From NCBI GenBank assembly GCA_963668695.2, contig CAXXLQ010000004.1, forward strand, positions 1-64,000: DNA of 64,000 nucleotides, read 5' to 3'. The translations under genes were made by a program, and so were the position numbers. How positions within the stretch are numbered: position 1 is the stretch's first letter; the number at the start of each line of letters is the position of its first letter. The notes beneath the pieces are model-generated. The model worked only from the letters and a program-made list of their open reading frames with translations. It was not told the origin of the DNA and did not search any database. Source of the DNA: Vicinamibacteria bacterium. Its GTDB lineage: Bacteria; Acidobacteriota; Vicinamibacteria; Marinacidobacterales; Marinacidobacteraceae. This document shows, in pieces, positions 9,429 to 22,321 of this stretch.

Positions 9429-10859
9429 ATGATGCCTCCTATGACCCCATCCTCGGCGCTCCTCGCCGGACTGCTCGTTTTCGCTACCGCCGCGCCACTC
9501 GGCGCCCAGCCCCCCACCCTGCCCGGAGACCCCTTCGGAGAGGACCCCTTCGGAAACCGTTTCGAGGAGCCGGACGCCGATGTCGACGCCATGGTCCGGT
9601 CCGCGTTCTTCGCGAGAGGCGGCGCGCAGCGGAACCGGGCGCTCCGCTTTCTGGTCGAACGCGACGAGAAGGACGTGATCCCGGCGTTCATCGCGGTCCT
9701 GCGGCTCCTGCCCGACGAGGACGGACGGCTCCTCGACGCGCTCCAGCAGCTCGCCCGGGCGAACATCCCCCGCGACTGGAAGGCGTGGACCGAGTGGCAG
9801 GAAGAGCACACCGAGATCCGTCCCTACCGCGGGTTCGTCTCCTTCAAGGCCGACGTCCTCGCCGGAATCGATCCCAACTTCCGCGACTTCCTCCACCGGG
9901 GGGTGCGGCACGAGATCCGGATCGAGGAGATCGTCTGGGGGGGCGTCAAGAAAGATGGCATCCCGGCGCTCGTGAACGCCAAGCAAATCCCGACCGCGGA
10001 AGCGACCTATCTCACGGACCGCGAATTGATCTTCGGAGTGAGCATCAACGGCGACTCGCGCGCCTATCCGCTCCGCATCCTGGACTGGCACGAGATGTTC
10101 AACGACGTAGTGGGGGGCGTCCCGGTGTCGCTGGCCTACTGCACGCTCTGCGGGTCGGGCATTCTGTTCGATACCCGGGTTCCCGGGCGCCGGGAACCCT
10201 TCGTGTTCGGCTCCTCGGGGCTGCTCTACCGGTCGAACAAGCTGATGTACGACACGGAAACCGAATCGCTCTGGAACCAGTTCACCGGCCGGCCGGTCGT
10301 GGGCGAACTCACCGGGTCCGGGATCGAACTCAAGATCCTGCCGGTGGTGATCACGAGCTGGAAGGACTGGCTCGCCGCGCATCCGGACACCACGGTGCTC
10401 TCGCTCGACACCGGTTTCGAGCGGGACTACCGGCCCGGACAGCCCTACGCGGACTATTTCGCGAGCCCCGAACTCATGTTTCCGGCAGTGGTCCGCGACC
10501 GCCGCCTCGACCCGAAGGACCGCATCTTCGTCCTCCGGGACGGGGACAACGAGATGGCGTGGGCCATATCGGTCTTCGGGAGCGGCGCCATCCTCCACGA
10601 CCGGGTGGGGTCGCTGGATGTCGTCCTCATCGGCAACGGCGAAACCGAAACCGTGCGCGCCTACGAATCCGGCGGGCGGACCTTCACCGCGGTGGAGGGT
10701 GATCCGGCGCGCGTCGAGAGCGACGGAGCGGGGTGGAACGTCACGGAAGACGCGCTGACCGGACCCGGGGGCGAGAGCCTCGTCCGGCTCCCGGGACACG
10801 TCGCCTACTGGTTCGCCTGGCAGAGCTACAAGGACGGACGACCGCTCAGGGTGGAGTAG
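9429..10859 (+). CDS. DUF3179 domain-containing exported protein
   Basis: Signal peptide; GGVKKDGIPAL, RAYPL.IL.WHE..ND, YCTLCGS, FG.SG.LY.SN.LMYD..T.SLW.Q. Confidence 0.9.
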   Translation: MMPPMTPSSALLAGLLVFATAAPLGAQPPTLPGDPFGEDPFGNRFEEPDADVDAMVRSAFFARGGAQRNRALRFLVERDEKDVIPAFIAVLRLLPDEDGRLLDALQQLARANIPRDWKAWTEWQEEHTEIRPYRGFVSFKADVLAGIDPNFRDFLHRGVRHEIRIEEIVWGGVKKDGIPALVNAKQIPTAEATYLTDRELIFGVSINGDSRAYPLRILDWHEMFNDVVGGVPVSLAYCTLCGSGILFDTRVPGRREPFVFGSSGLLYRSNKLMYDTETESLWNQFTGRPVVGELTGSGIELKILPVVITSWKDWLAAHPDTTVLSLDTGFERDYRPGQPYADYFASPELMFPAVVRDRRLDPKDRIFVLRDGDNEMAWAISVFGSGAILHDRVGSLDVVLIGNGETETVRAYESGGRTFTAVEGDPARVESDGAGWNVTEDALTGPGGESLVRLPGHVAYWFAWQSYKDGRPLRVE

Positions 10860-11089
10860 CGACGGCGGCCGGCGGGATGCCGCCGACGGCCGGAGGCCAG
10901 GTCCATGTTGCCTTGGCGACTTCTTCGGGAGACTCTCCCGCTTGGCGGATTCGCGTTACCCGCGACTCTGGACCAGCACGGAGAGCCTCGGTACCCGGGG
11001 CCGGCGGCACATCCGTTTGCCGCGACTCGACATCCCGGGAACAGCGTCTCGGATCTCACCAGCCTTCGGCTGGCGATGCCGGTCTGAAG

Positions 11090-11110
11090 GCCCCCACCGG
11101 GAGAACTGGC
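11090..11110 (-). repeat. Solo 21-nt motif GCCCCCACCGGGAGAACTGGC
   Basis: Exact copy of the motif found in the MITEs, 10 bp past the peroxiredoxin stop. Confidence 0.85.
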
Positions 11111-11120
11111 CGGCGCTCCC

Positions 11121-11780
11121 TTACTTGTTCGGCTGGGCGACCAGGCGCAGGTAGGGCTTCGGAGCCCGCCAGCCGCCCGGATACTTCGCGCGGGCCGCTT
11201 CGTCGGAGACCGCCGGGACGATGATCACGTCGTCCCCGTCCTTCCAGTTCACCGGGGTCGCCACCTGATGGGACGCCGTCAACTGCATGGAGTCGAGCAC
11301 CCGGAGAACTTCGTCGAAGTTGCGCCCGGTGGTCATCGGGTAGGTCAGGATCAGCTTGACGCGCTTGTCGGGTCCGACGACGAACACCGAGCGCACCGTC
11401 ATGTTGTCCATCGCCGTCCGGCCTTTCCGGCCGAGGGCATTGGGATGGATCATGTCGTAGAGCTTGGCCACCGCGAGGTCGTCGTCACCGATCATCGGGT
11501 AGTCCACGGCGTGCCCCTGGGTCTCCGCGATGTCGGCCTTCCAGCGCTGGTGGTCCTCGACCGGGTCCACGCTCAGCCCCATGATCTTGCAATTCCGTTG
11601 CGCGAACTCGCCCTGGAGCCCCGCCATGTAGCCGAGCTCGGTGGTGCACACCGGGGTGAAGTCCTTTGGATGCGAGAAGAGAATCGCCCAGCCGTCCCCG
11701 ACCCAGTCGTGGAAGCTGATCGTGCCCTCGGTCGTGCGGGCGGTGAAATCGGGCGCGATGTCGCCGATGCGGATAGCCAT
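11121..11780 (-). CDS. 1-Cys peroxiredoxin (Prx6)
   Basis: FSHPKDFTPVCTTELG, YPMTTGRNFDE, TPVNW. Confidence 0.95.
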   Translation of the reverse strand: MAIRIGDIAPDFTARTTEGTISFHDWVGDGWAILFSHPKDFTPVCTTELGYMAGLQGEFAQRNCKIMGLSVDPVEDHQRWKADIAETQGHAVDYPMIGDDDLAVAKLYDMIHPNALGRKGRTAMDNMTVRSVFVVGPDKRVKLILTYPMTTGRNFDEVLRVLDSMQLTASHQVATPVNWKDGDDVIIVPAVSDEAARAKYPGGWRAPKPYLRLVAQPNK

Positions 11781-11878
11781 GTGGTCCCCTCCTGAGGCTC
11801 TAAGAGCGCCGAGCGTTCGTCAGCACTCGGGAGAACGATAGCCCCACACCGCCAGCAGCCTGTGACACGCTTATTCCC

Positions 11879-13234
11879 ATGAGCAAGGCTGGATCGGGCG
11901 AGGGCCTGCAGCGGCGGATGGGGCTCCTCGGGGCCACCTCCACGAACATCATCGGAATGGTCGGGATCGGTCCCTTCCTGACCATCCCGCTCATGGTGTA
12001 CGCGATGGGCGGGCCGCACATCATCTGGGCGTGGCTGGTCGGAGCGCTGCTCTCGCTTGCCGACGGACTCGTGTACGCCCAGCTCGGGGCTGCGCTCCCG
12101 GGGAGCGGCGGACCGTACATCTATCTGCGGGAGGCGTTTCGTCCGTTCGGACTCGGGCGGCTCATGGCCTTCCTGTTCCTCTTCCACATCCTGCTGGTGG
12201 CGCCCCTCTCGCTCGCCGGCGGCGCGGTGGGTTTCGCTGACTACGTTGGCTTCTACCTGCCGGAGTGGAGCGGGGTGCCCCACCACCTCGCCGCCGCCGG
12301 GGTCTGTGTGCTCGTCCTCTTCCTTCTCTACCGGAACATCGACTCGGTCGAGCGGCTCTCGAAGGCGATGCTGGCGCTCGTGCTCGCCACCACCGGCTGG
12401 GTGATCGTGGCCGGCCTCATCGAGAGTCCGGGACTCCCCTCGTTCGTCCCGCCGCAGGGGTTCGACGCCAGCTTCTGGCCGGCGCTCGGAGCCGGGGCGG
12501 TGATCGCGATGTACAGCTTCGGCGGCTACAACCAGGTCTGCAACATCGCCGGAGAGGTGAAGGACCCGGAGCGCAACATCCCGCGCTCCATCCTGCTCTC
12601 CATCGCGGTAGTAGCCGTCATCTACATCGCCATGACCACCGTGATGCTCGAGCTCATCCCGTGGCAGGAAGCGGAGGCGAGCCGCACCCTGGCTTCCATC
12701 TTCATCGCCCGGACGGTCGAAGATCCCGGACTCGCGCAACTCGCCGGGTCGGTCATCACCGCGCTCATCCTCTTCGTGGCGGTCGCGTCCGTGTTCGCCT
12801 TTGCGCTCGGCTATTCGCGGATGCCGTACGCCGCCGCCCGCGACGGACAGTTCTTCCGCATCTTCGGCAAGGTCCATCCCACCCGGGGCTTCCCCCACGT
12901 TTCGCTGATCTGGCTCATCGCGGTCTCGATCCCGTTCTGCTTCTTCAGCCTCGGCCAACTCGTAAACTGGCTCATGCAGGTCCAGATCCTCCTGCGCTTC
13001 ACCTGGCAGTGCGTCGCGGTGCTGCTGATCGCCCGCTACCGGCCGGACATCCCCCAGCCTTTCCGGATGTGGCTCTACCCAATTCCGGCGCTGCTGTCGC
13101 TCGTCCTCTGGATCGCGCTCTTCTTCACCGGGCCGCCCACCGGAGTCTGGTTCTCGCTCGGATTCCTGCTCCTGGGCCTCGCGGCCTACTGGGTCTTCCG
13201 CAGGCGGGAGGGCCACCGCACTTCCGCCGGCTGA
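11879..13234 (+). CDS. APC family amino acid permease
   Basis: ~12 TM; GMVGIGPF, PGSGG.Y.YL, GEVKDPERNIPRSI. Confidence 0.9.
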   Translation: MSKAGSGEGLQRRMGLLGATSTNIIGMVGIGPFLTIPLMVYAMGGPHIIWAWLVGALLSLADGLVYAQLGAALPGSGGPYIYLREAFRPFGLGRLMAFLFLFHILLVAPLSLAGGAVGFADYVGFYLPEWSGVPHHLAAAGVCVLVLFLLYRNIDSVERLSKAMLALVLATTGWVIVAGLIESPGLPSFVPPQGFDASFWPALGAGAVIAMYSFGGYNQVCNIAGEVKDPERNIPRSILLSIAVVAVIYIAMTTVMLELIPWQEAEASRTLASIFIARTVEDPGLAQLAGSVITALILFVAVASVFAFALGYSRMPYAAARDGQFFRIFGKVHPTRGFPHVSLIWLIAVSIPFCFFSLGQLVNWLMQVQILLRFTWQCVAVLLIARYRPDIPQPFRMWLYPIPALLSLVLWIALFFTGPPTGVWFSLGFLLLGLAAYWVFRRREGHRTSAG

Positions 13235-13256
13235 ACCTGGAACGCGGGCGGCGCTT

Positions 13257-14141
13257 CTACCGCTGGACCCGTTTGTCGTTCCGATAGAACTCCTCCCGCA
13301 CCCCTCCGTTCTTCAGGTGGACGAGCCAGCGGCCCTCCCTCTTCCCCTCGAGGTAGTTCCCGCGGGCCACCCCGAGTCCGGGGAAGCGATGGACGAACGG
13401 CCCCTGTCTCTTTCCCGCCACCATGGGACCCTCTTCGATGCTGCCGCTCATGTAGGTGAAGACCCAGGGTCCTTCCGCCACTCCATCCACGTAGGGCCCC
13501 TCGGCCACGTCCCCGTCCGCCTCGCGGGAAACCCACTGGCCATGCCGCGCGCCCTGCACGAAAGGTCCTTCCTGCTCGCCACCGGCGGCGTCGCGAAGGG
13601 ACCACCTGCCGTGCCGCCGGCCAGCCACCAGCGGGCCCTCCTCGATCGCCCCGTCCAGAAACCGAAAGGTCCAATGGCCCTCCTGATCACCGTCCACGTA
13701 CGAGCCTTCCTCGACCTGTCCGTCAGCGCTGCGCTGGATCCAGTGCCCGTGGCGATCCCCGTCCGCAAAGGGCCCTTCTTCCACCCTACCGTCCCGCCAG
13801 CGGAGGACCCAGTGGCCTTCCCGCTCGCCATCCACATAGGCTCCCTCCTCTTCCTGTCCATTCGGGAAGCGGTGGATCCAGGGCCCCACCCGCTCGCCGT
13901 CCTCGAAAGCCCCTTCCTCGACCTGCCCGTTCGGCCAGCGGAACACCCAGCGGCCGTACCGCACCCCATCCAGGTAGGTTCCTTCCTCGACCTTGCCGCT
14001 CGCCAGCCAAATGGTCCAGCGACCATGGCGCTCGCCGTCCCGGAAGCTTCCGGTCGCTTCGACCTCTTGAGCGCGGGCGCCAACCACCAGACTCCCGCTC
14101 ATCATCACCGCCGCAACCGCAGCGTTTCGCAGTGCCCTCAC
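13257..14141 (-). CDS. Exported MORN-variant repeat protein (YwqK-like)
   Basis: Signal peptide followed by ~11 repeats of ~23 aa, EEG.(Y/F)..G.R.G.W. Confidence 0.85.
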   Translation of the reverse strand: MRALRNAAVAAVMMSGSLVVGARAQEVEATGSFRDGERHGRWTIWLASGKVEEGTYLDGVRYGRWVFRWPNGQVEEGAFEDGERVGPWIHRFPNGQEEEGAYVDGEREGHWVLRWRDGRVEEGPFADGDRHGHWIQRSADGQVEEGSYVDGDQEGHWTFRFLDGAIEEGPLVAGRRHGRWSLRDAAGGEQEGPFVQGARHGQWVSREADGDVAEGPYVDGVAEGPWVFTYMSGSIEEGPMVAGKRQGPFVHRFPGLGVARGNYLEGKREGRWLVHLKNGGVREEFYRNDKRVQR

Positions 14142-14154
14142 ACTGCGACGGAGC

Positions 14155-15492
14155 CTATCTGAGCCTACGGACGACGGGTACGCACCAGAAGTAGAGCGCC
14201 ACGAGATCCACTCCGCGCGCGACGAGCGTCGCCCAGGACGCCGCGTACACCCCGACCATGTTGACGGGTCGAATCAGCGCCCAGAGCACAAACAGGACCG
14301 CAACGGTTTCGATCAAGCCGGCCCAGGTGATGGCTCGGGTCTCGCCGCTCCACACGAGGAAGGCCCGATAGAAGGCGAGCAGAACCGAACACAGCGGCAT
14401 CGCGACCAGGATCTGAAGGGCGGGCACCGAGAGGTCCACGAGACTCGGCGTGAGTGCCGAAACCCCTCCGAACCAGAGGCCGGAGAGCGGAGTGAAGGCC
14501 ATGATGCCCTGCAGCACGCAGGCCACCACCCCGAGACCGACGGCGAATCGGAGCAGCGCCCGGAATCGCTGCCTGGTCCCGTCCATGAAGGCGATCGCCA
14601 CCTCCTGGAAGGACAGGCCCATGCTGCGGAACAGGAAGGAAAGGGCGGCCACCACCGGATAGGTCGCGAGAGACTCGAGCGCGAGGCGCGAGTGCCCGAG
14701 GAACAGGTTCACCAGCGGATGGATCGCGAGCGCGATTACCGAGCTCACGAGCAGAGGGATGTAGAAGTGGAGGATCTTGGGAAAGGTGAGCGGTTCGCCG
14801 CTCCTGGGAGTGGCGAGCACCTCGCGCACGCAGTCCGCCACCATGAAACGGGTCGCGATCGCTTCGACGACCACTGCCACCGAGAGCGCCGCGGCCCCGA
14901 TGAGGGCTCCGGGAACCTCCGCATCGAAGAACAGCCACGCGGTCACGCCCATGCCCGACAGACGGATGGTGGTGCCGTAGGCGATCCGCCGGGTATGGCC
15001 GTGCCGGATGAGGAGCCCCTGGTAGAAGCGGCGGAAGCCGATGGCCGCCGGCCAGGGAAGGAGGATGAGAAGGGCCTGACGGCTCAACTCCGAGATCTCC
15101 GGGTCGAGGCCCATCACGCTCTCCGCGAGCAGCGGATAGAGCGGCGAGAGGGCCCACGCGAGCATCAGGAGCGTGAGCCCCAGGTTCAACGTCGCACCGA
15201 AACGGCGGAGCGAACGGAATGCCTCCCGATCCTTGCAGAGGGCCGTGGAGGCGCTCAGGATCATGATGATCGGCGCCTCGAGGATCAGCGCGAAAGCGAA
15301 GGCGACCCCGTAAGCGGCGAGGTTCACGGTGGCGTCGGGAAGTCGGGCAACCACCGCGGCCACCAACAGCCCCTCGACGGACATCATGATCCAGGTGGCG
15401 GCCATCGGCAGCCAAACCCAGAAGATCCGGCTGGTGGTGAGTGGCGCTTGGGGCGGCGCCGCGACTGGGGTCTTGCCGAAGGTGGGGGTCAC
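14155..15492 (-). CDS. MATE-like multi-pass membrane protein
   Basis: Two hydrophobic halves (IFWVWLPMAATW... / ILHFYIPL...); GTG start overlaps hemW stop. Confidence 0.75.
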   Translation of the reverse strand: MTPTFGKTPVAAPPQAPLTTSRIFWVWLPMAATWIMMSVEGLLVAAVVARLPDATVNLAAYGVAFAFALILEAPIIMILSASTALCKDREAFRSLRRFGATLNLGLTLLMLAWALSPLYPLLAESVMGLDPEISELSRQALLILLPWPAAIGFRRFYQGLLIRHGHTRRIAYGTTIRLSGMGVTAWLFFDAEVPGALIGAAALSVAVVVEAIATRFMVADCVREVLATPRSGEPLTFPKILHFYIPLLVSSVIALAIHPLVNLFLGHSRLALESLATYPVVAALSFLFRSMGLSFQEVAIAFMDGTRQRFRALLRFAVGLGVVACVLQGIMAFTPLSGLWFGGVSALTPSLVDLSVPALQILVAMPLCSVLLAFYRAFLVWSGETRAITWAGLIETVAVLFVLWALIRPVNMVGVYAASWATLVARGVDLVALYFWCVPVVRRLR

Positions 15493-16747
15493 GCCGCGTG
15501 CCGATCTCCAAGCGCGTCGAGATCGACCTCGCGCGCCAGTGCGTCGGCGACGGCCAAGCCCTCGAGGGTGGGCCGCACCCAACCGCCTTCCGTGTCCTCG
15601 AGCCGCACGAGGCCGCGGGTCCCCCAATCCCGGAAGAGCGCCCGATTCGCCTGCAGAACCGTCTCTCCATAGCGGGAGGCGAAATCCCCGAGGGAGAGGC
15701 CGTCCGCCATGCGGAGGCGCAGAAACAGTTCTTCGAGCGCACGCTCGCCCGGACCGAGCGCCTCCCGCCCGGCGGTGGGGGTGTCTCCGCGGAGGACTGC
15801 GTCCTCCCAGTCTTCGAAGGCCCGCCGGTTCCAGGACCGTTCCGCCCGCTCCGGCGCGAAGGAATGGGCGGATGGCCCGACGCCGAGGTACTCCACCCCG
15901 GTCCAGTACTTCTGGTTGTGGCGGGATCGAAACGCGGGAGCCGCGGCGAAATTGCATGCCTCGTAGGCCGCCAGACCGGCGTCCGCGAGGGTCTCGTGAA
16001 CCACCCGGAAGAGCGCTCCCGCGTCTTCGGAACGAGCGGTGAGGTCCTCCCCTCGGGCCTGGCGGCGACCGAAGGGCGTTCCCGGTTCGATCGTCAACTC
16101 GTACGCGGAGAGGTGCCTCACCCCGGGCAGCACCGCTGCGGCCCTCAGTTCCGCCCGCAGGGAATCCGCCGTCTGTCCGGCGGTTCCGAAAAGAAGGTCG
16201 ATCGAGATCCAGGGGATCCCGGCCTCGGCGAGCCGGGAGACCGCGACCGTGACACCCGACGCGGTGTGCACGCGGCCGAGGAACCGCAGGCGGGAATCGT
16301 CGAGCGCCTGCACTCCGAGGCTGACGCCCCAAACGTCCTCGGCCGCCCACTGGCGGGCAAGACCCGGGTCTCGGACCAGATCCTCGGGGTTCGCCTCGAC
16401 GAATACGAACGGCGACGGAGCGGCGAGGCCTCTCTCGACCGCCGCGCCGACCATCTCCCGGAAGAAACCGGCGGGTGCCAGCGACGGGGTGCCGCCCCCG
16501 AAATACACGGTGTCCGCCCCGAGCGGCCCATCCCCGAGTTCTGCCCGGAGTTCCAACTCGGTGAGGAGGGCCCGCCGGTAGCGCTCGAGGCGCCGGGATC
16601 CCGACCGGCCGAGCGGCGTTACCGCGAAGTCGCAATACGGACAGATCCGCGAACAGAAGGGAACGTGAACATAGAGCCCCGGCGGCATCGATTCCGGAGC
16701 TTCGGAAGGCCGTTCGATCGTCCGGGACGTCGGGTCCGGACGTTCGG

Positions 16748-16751
<4 letters not shown>
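15489..16751 (-). CDS. hemW: Radical SAM heme chaperone HemW
   Basis: LYVHVPFCSRICPYCDF, YFGGGTPS, HNQKYW (HNxxYW); follows lepA; alternative ATG at 16688. Confidence 0.9.
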
Positions 16752-18570
<1,819 letters not shown>

Positions 18571-18574
<4 letters not shown>

Positions 18575-20433
18575 GGGCGCGCGGTGGGGACCAGCGTTAC
18601 GGTGCGCCGTTCCCCGTCGCGGAGGAACACCACGGTGAGCGGCTCGCCGATCCGGGCGGCCTCCAGCGCGTTCATGTAGTCGTAGATGTTGAGGACCGGA
18701 GCGCCTGCGAACTCGACGATCACGTCTCCCTTCTGAAGACCCGCCTTCTCCGCCGGCCCGCCGGCCATGACCCCGCCGAGCATCAACCCCAGGGTCTCGG
18801 TGGCGTACTCCGGGATGGTGCCGGTGTAAGCCCGCATCGAGGCGCGTGAGGCTGCGGTTTCCGGAGCGCGTTCCACCTGGCTGAATTCGGGGACCGGATC
18901 ACTCTCGGCTACCCGCCGGGCGATGAGCCCGGTGAAACGGACGATCCGCGCCAGCCCTTCGTAGTTCAGCTTATCGGCGGTATCCGAGGGCTTGTGGTAG
19001 TCGCTGTGGGTTCCGGTGAACAGGTTGAGGGTGGGCACGCTCTCACTGTTGAACCCCGAGGAGTCGGTGGGCAGATAGGGGTCGTCCGAAAGGGCCAGGT
19101 CGAAACCGCCCGGGATGTTGGCCCGCTCCACGAACCCCGGCCAGACGCTCGATGAACCCATCGCCTGCACCGTGAGCCGGTTCTCGTCGAGGCGGCCCAC
19201 CATGTCCAGGTTGATGTAGGCAAGAAGCTGCTCCGGTCGGATCTCGTTCCGGAGGAATGCCCGCGATCCGAGCAGCCCGGATTCTTCGCCGGACCAGAAG
19301 CCGATCAGCACCGGCCGGGCGAGCGGGGCCTCGGAGAGGCTCCGGGCCAGGGCCAGCACCGCCGCGGTCCCCGAGGCGTTGTCGTCGGCGCCCGGATGGA
19401 CGGCCGCCGGACCGTGCGGATTCAGCGAGCCGCTCCCGCCCATGCCCAGGTGGTCATAGTGCGCCCCAACGGCGACATAGGGCGGGGTGACGCTCCCATC
19501 CGCCGCCGGCAGGATGCCGATGACGTTGGCCCCGCTGCCCGGCGTTCGTTGGAGGTTCACGGACAGGGTGGCGACACCGGTGAGGGGAAATGAGCCGCCG
19601 TCCACGTCGCCCCGGTCGAGCGCCTGCTGGACCTCGGAGAGCGTGAACCCGCTACCCGCGAAGAGCCGGTCGCCGGCCGGCCCGTCAATGGAGACGGCGA
19701 GGATGCCCTGACTGCCCGGGGCGGCTATGTCGAAGCCGTCGGGCGCGAACTCCCCTGCCCCCTCGGACTCGGGACCGGTGACCACCACCATCGCGGCGGC
19801 GCCCCGGTCGCGGGCAGCCGTCGCCTTCGACCGGAAGTCGGCGTGACGATTCAGAATCGCCCGCGCCTCGTCCTCCACGTCGTCGGGGAAGTAGCGGAGG
19901 ACGACCACCACCTTGTCGCGTACCTCGTGGCCGGCGTAGCTGTCGTACTCATGGCCCGCATTCTCGGGCAGGCTGATGCCGTAACCGGCGAAGAACAACG
20001 CTCCCCGGGCCTCGCCGGTCTCCGAGAACGCGAACGCGCGAACCTGGTCGCTTCCGAACCGCTTGTGTCCCCCCGCGCGCAGCGTGGATCCGAGATCCTC
20101 CACGCCGGAAATGAAGCGGAATGGAACCCCGAGCTCCTCCTGTGCCGGCAGCGGCAGGGCCCCGGCGGCGCCCAGTTCGGACATCAGGTAGCGGCGGGCG
20201 GCCGCCGCTCCGGGGGTCCCCACCGCGCGACCCTCGGTGCCCGGCCCGGTCAGCGCGGCAACGTCGGTCCGCAGATCTTCCGGTGTCTGGTCTTCCGGGG
20301 TCTGGCCGAACGCCGGAGAAGGCGCCAGCGGCGCGAGCAGCAGTCCGGACGCGAGGCCGGCGGCCGCCAGACCGTGCGGAATCGCGCTGTCCCATTCCCG
20401 GGTTGGCCGGTGTGCGATGGGACGGCTGATCAT
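18571..20433 (-). CDS. M28 family peptidase with PA and PDZ domains
   Basis: GAHYDHLG, GADDNASG, SGEESGLLGS, NLDMVGR, H.DYH, C-terminal PDZ. Confidence 0.9.
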
Positions 20434-21617
20434 TCCGGTGTCTCCCCGCCGCCTCCGCGAGCCGGGGCCTCGCGGAGGGCAGCCAGCGCTTCTTCGTGGT
20501 TCCAGTCGGCCAGGTAGATCTGGCCCCCGGCCCCCCCGTGGCGGCTGGACGTCCAGGCGAGTCCCGTTCCCTCCGGGGTCGGGACCGGCAGGCCATCGAA
20601 CCCGTCGGTAGTGGTGATTCGGACCGGTTCCTTCTCCCCGGCGACGTCCACCATGTACACCTCGAAGTTGGTGAAACCGAGCTTGTTCGAGGCGAACAGC
20701 ACGTACTCGCCCGAGGGGTGGACGTAGGGGGCCCAGCTCATGGCCCCGAAATCGGTCATCTGACGCTGGTCGCTTCCATCCGGCCGCATCGACCAGACGT
20801 CCGCGATCAACCCGTCCTCCGAAAAGCGGCGCCAGATGATCCGCGAACCATCGGGAAAGAAGAACGGGCCGCCGTCGTATCCCGGAACATCGGTGAGCCG
20901 CCGCTGCTCGCTCCCGTCCGCCCGCATCACGTAGATCTCGGCGAAGTACGAGGGATCGATCTCGGCGAGACGCGCTTCCCGCTCGGAAAGCTCGCGCTCG
21001 AACATGTCCCGCATCGCGGTGAAGACGATCCATTCGCCGTCCGGCGACCAGCTTCCCTCGGCGTCGTATCCGTGGGCGTCCGTGAGACGCACCATTTCTC
21101 CATCGGAACGCCGTTCGACGAAGATGTCCATGAAGGGGTCGTAGTCCCACGCGTAACGGCGTTCCTGGCCGCTCTCCCGGAACGCGATCTCCTCCTGCTG
21201 CAACTCGACGGAACGCGGATCGAGATGCGTCGAAGCGAAGAGGATGTCGCCGTTCTTCCCCGAGATGAAGCCGCAGGTTGTCTTCCCCTGCCCGGGGGAG
21301 ATTCGCCGCACGTCGCCGGTCTCCATGGAGAGCAGATAGATCTGGAAGAACGGATTCCCCGGCTCCCGCTCCGACTGGAAGACCATCTCCTTCCCGTCCG
21401 GCGAGAAGTACCCCTCACCGGCACGCCTCCCCTCGACCGTCAGCCGCCGGATCCGGCTCAGGAACCGCGACTCGTCCTCATCCCCCTCCCCTGCGGAAAC
21501 GGGGACAGACAAGCCCCCACTCAGAGCAGCAATCAGAGCAGCAATCAGAGCAGCAGGCAGAGCAGCAAGGAGTACAAACACGAGGCGGCCGGAAACACGC
21601 CGCAACGACTGGAGCAT
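20430..21617 (-). CDS. TolB-like PD40 beta-propeller protein
   Basis: RAGEGYFSPDG, GYDAEGSWSPDG, GYDGGPFFFPDG; start uncertain (21617 or 21725). Confidence 0.85.
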   Translation of the reverse strand: MLQSLRRVSGRLVFVLLAALPAALIAALIAALSGGLSVPVSAGEGDEDESRFLSRIRRLTVEGRRAGEGYFSPDGKEMVFQSEREPGNPFFQIYLLSMETGDVRRISPGQGKTTCGFISGKNGDILFASTHLDPRSVELQQEEIAFRESGQERRYAWDYDPFMDIFVERRSDGEMVRLTDAHGYDAEGSWSPDGEWIVFTAMRDMFERELSEREARLAEIDPSYFAEIYVMRADGSEQRRLTDVPGYDGGPFFFPDGSRIIWRRFSEDGLIADVWSMRPDGSDQRQMTDFGAMSWAPYVHPSGEYVLFASNKLGFTNFEVYMVDVAGEKEPVRITTTDGFDGLPVPTPEGTGLAWTSSRHGGAGGQIYLADWNHEEALAALREAPARGGGGETPE

Positions 21618-21680
21618 AAGGAGAACGGGAACTGCGAATCGGCCGAACGGTAGCGAAGCACTGTACCACGCACCCCGGAC

Positions 21681-21767
21681 CGCGGGGTCGCCCGGCGGCA
21701 GGTGCACACACGAGTCATGGATCACGGATCGCCGGTCACCGCCTCGGCGGGTCGAAGGTCGGCGAGG
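21681..21767. repeat. 87-bp junction repeat (second copy 28664-28750)
   Basis: cgcggggtcgcccggcggcaggtgca.acacgagtcatggatca...tcaccgcctcggcggg...ggcgagg. Confidence 0.85.
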
Positions 21768-21775
21768 ACGCCAGA

Positions 21776-22242
21776 CTACTCGGAAACGAACCCCGGGCCG
21801 CGCAGCGCCCGGCCGGGAAGCGCCCGGGTGTACTCGCCCTCATCGACCACCAGGGCGCCGTTCACCAGGACGTACCGCATCCCGATCGAGTAGTGGAACG
21901 GGTCTTCGAAGGTGGCCACCCCGCGGATCGTCTCCGGATCGAAGATCGCCAGGTCGGCGAAGTTGCCTTCCACCAGCGTCCCCCGCTCCTCGAGTCCCAG
22001 GATCTCCGCCGGAAGCCCGCTCAGCTTCCGAATCGCCTCCTCCCAACTCAGCAGGCCTTCTTCGCGCACGTAGGTACCGAGGAGGCGGGGAACCGTCCCC
22101 AGATGCCGGGGATGCACGAGTGGGGGAAGGTTCTCCGAGTCGAGGTCGATGGTCCCGCCATCGGTTCCACCGGCCACCCGCTCAGGCCGGCGGAGACTCC
22201 GAACGCCCCCTCGGACATCGCGTCCCGCACCGGTCCCAACAT
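21776..22242 (-). pseudogene. Duplicated 3' fragments of the D-aminoacylase gene at 37656-39296
   Basis: 21776-22177 is near-identical to 37656-38057; 22180-22242 matches 38679-38741. Confidence 0.9.
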
Positions 22243-22321
22243 TCCTGAGGACCGGAGTGTTCCCGTAGTGACGGCACGCCGCCCCCGCCAGATCAGGATC
22301 CAGGCGGGGGTCCGGCTCCTC

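Noticed and set aside
9429-10859. Selenoprotein recoding in the DUF3179 gene
   Set aside because: The motif is CTLC with ordinary Cys codons and there is no in-frame TGA
21522-21567. 12-bp repeat (cagagcagcaat) in the TolB-like leader as a phase-variation tract
   Set aside because: Unit is a multiple of 3 and only lengthens the hydrophobic AALI segment
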